Of a stretch of DNA of 64,000 nt, positions 62,383-64,000 are shown in pieces (position 1 is the first letter of the stretch; every line of letters begins with the position of its first letter). Made by a program: the position numbers and the translations under genes. Below the pieces are notes generated by a model, which was not told where the DNA came from, did no database searches, and was given only the letters and a program-made list of their open reading frames with translations. The DNA is from Octopus sinensis (Eukaryota). The stretch covers positions 125,674,001-125,738,000 of the forward strand of contig NC_042997.1 in NCBI RefSeq assembly GCF_006345805.1, in the 5' to 3' direction.

Positions 62383-62559
62383 TACACAGAGAGAAAAAAA
62401 ACACAGAAAGGAGAGAAAAAAAATGCGTGCAGTAACTAACGAATCAACATGGCGATCTGATTTCGGCCAGAGGTCAAAGATCAAACATGAGACGCGAGAG
62501 CGAAATAAGGGGAGATAATAGGGTTGATAATAGGGTTGAATGACCAGCTATTAGTGCGT

Positions 62560-62720
62560 ATGAGAGGTCTGGACGTGTGTATGTATAGGGTTGGTGTATG
62601 TATTAGTATGTATAAGGGTGTGTGTGTGTGTGTGTATGAGAGAGTATTAGTGCGTATGAGAGGTCTGGACGTGCGTATGTATAGGGTTGGTGTATGTATT
62701 AGTATGTATTAGTATGTATT
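62560..62720. repeat. Tandem duplication of a ~75-80-bp unit
   Basis: TATTAGTGCGTATGAGAGGTCTGGACGTG.GTATGTATAGGGTTGGTGTATGTATTAGTATGTAT occurs twice. Confidence 0.85.
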
Positions 62721-63596
62721 AGTACGTATACAGCCAGCTTCTTTTAGTTTCTGCCAATTTCATTCACAAGTCTTTCATAGAAGACACTTGTCCAAAGTGC
62801 CACACAGTGAGACTAAACCTGAAGCCATATCATTGAAAAGCAAACTTCTTCACCATATGACAATACCTGTGCTTATATCACACACATGCACAAAAACACA
62901 CACACGCACGCACACATGCCTACATAACTTTAAAATAGAATAAGGTAACAAAAAAAAATTCTTATACAAAACAATTTTCTTGTAATGGAAATCATAAGTT
63001 GAAATTTAGCCTTCATTACAAGAAGGCCAAATCTATTCCAAGACCATTAAATTAAAGATATCAGTTTTATATGAGAAGCGTGCAAAAATGTTTATCTCTA
63101 TCTGTTTGTCTTTGAGAAACTTCAAAGTATCATACATTGTTTACAACAGTTAATGGTTGGGTGTAGGACGCTGAAAAGCCACATTTTTGTTCTGGATATT
63201 AAAACTAAATATTATTTGATAAGATAAAATTTCTAGGAACATGTCGATAAGACATTTTGTTATCGTAATCTTGCCACAAAGAAGATTTGTGTGTGTATGT
63301 GTGTGTGAGTGTGTGTGTGGAAAGGGGGGGGCGGATATGAATATATATTTATATATATATGTATGTATATTTATGTATTTAAGTATTATGTAATGTATGT
63401 ATTTAAGCATATAAATTTTACTTCTAGTTTCATTTGAAAGAATTTCAAAGTTTAGATAAACATGTGATATGTCTCACACTATATACTTTATACATTTGCG
63501 TCGTTGTGTGCGCGTGTGTATGTGTGTGTGTGTACATATATGTATATGCATACATGCATATATACTTATATAAACATATATACATATATATTTATT

Positions 63597-64000
63597 TCTT
63601 TATTGCCCACAAGGGGCTAAACATAGAGGGAACAAATAAGGAAAGAGAAAGGGATTAAGTTGATTATATCGATCCTAGTGCATAACTGGTACTTATTTAA
63701 TCGACCCCAAAAGGATGAAAGGCAAAGTCAACCTCAACGGAATTTGAACTCAGAATGTAACGGCAGACAGAATACCTATTTCTTTACTACCCACAAAGGG
63801 CTAAACACAGAGAGGACAAACAAGGACAGACAAACGGATTAAGTCGATTACATCGATCCCAGTGCGTAACTGGTACTTATTTAATCGACCCCGAAAGGAT
63901 GAAAGGCAAAGTCGACCTCGGCGGAATTTGAACTCAGAACATAGCGGCAGACGAAATACCGCTAAGCATTTCGCCTGGCACGCTAACAATTTTGCCAGCT
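63597..64000 (-). mobile_element. SINE-A dimer, 5' end at the window edge
   Basis: Tails TTCTTTATTGCCCAC and TTCTTTACTACCCAC; the head runs off the window. Confidence 0.9.

Larger units (their letters stand above)
61455..62484. repeat. ~1.03-kb near-spacerless palindrome
   Basis: 61455-61950 is the reverse complement of 61968-62484. It is identical over 61455-61789 apart from (TA)n length, with 13 substitutions and 2 indels over 61790-61950. Confidence 0.95.

Overview
AT-rich, very repeat-dense eukaryotic DNA. It is most likely an octopus (coleoid cephalopod) genome; this is an inference from the recurring tRNA-derived SINE families, RTE/CR1/R4-type LINE relics and microsatellite load. No intact protein-coding gene, rRNA, tRNA or CRISPR array can be supported. 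Almost all ORFs in the supplied track are microsatellite or SINE read-throughs. Recognisable content: at least four SINE families (my labels A-D) with nested insertions and TSDs, decayed RTE, CR1-like and R4/Dong-like LINE fragments, a mariner relic, a Charlie/Buster-type hAT derivative and several fold-back/TIR elements. The most striking structure is a ~1.03 kb near-spacerless palindrome (61455-62484). Its outer arms are identical and each carries a minimal type-I hammerhead-ribozyme-like motif, while the inner arms are ~9% diverged. A second, unrelated palindromic mini-element (45629-45853) carries the same ribozyme architecture with different stem sequences. The only host-gene-like signal is a CpG-rich island at 18893-19190 (NRF1/YY1-type motifs, a candidate 42-codon exon) with a candidate 22-nt micro-exon nearby. 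Most element boundaries are approximate (about 10-30 bp); TSD, palindrome and ribozyme coordinates were counted by hand.
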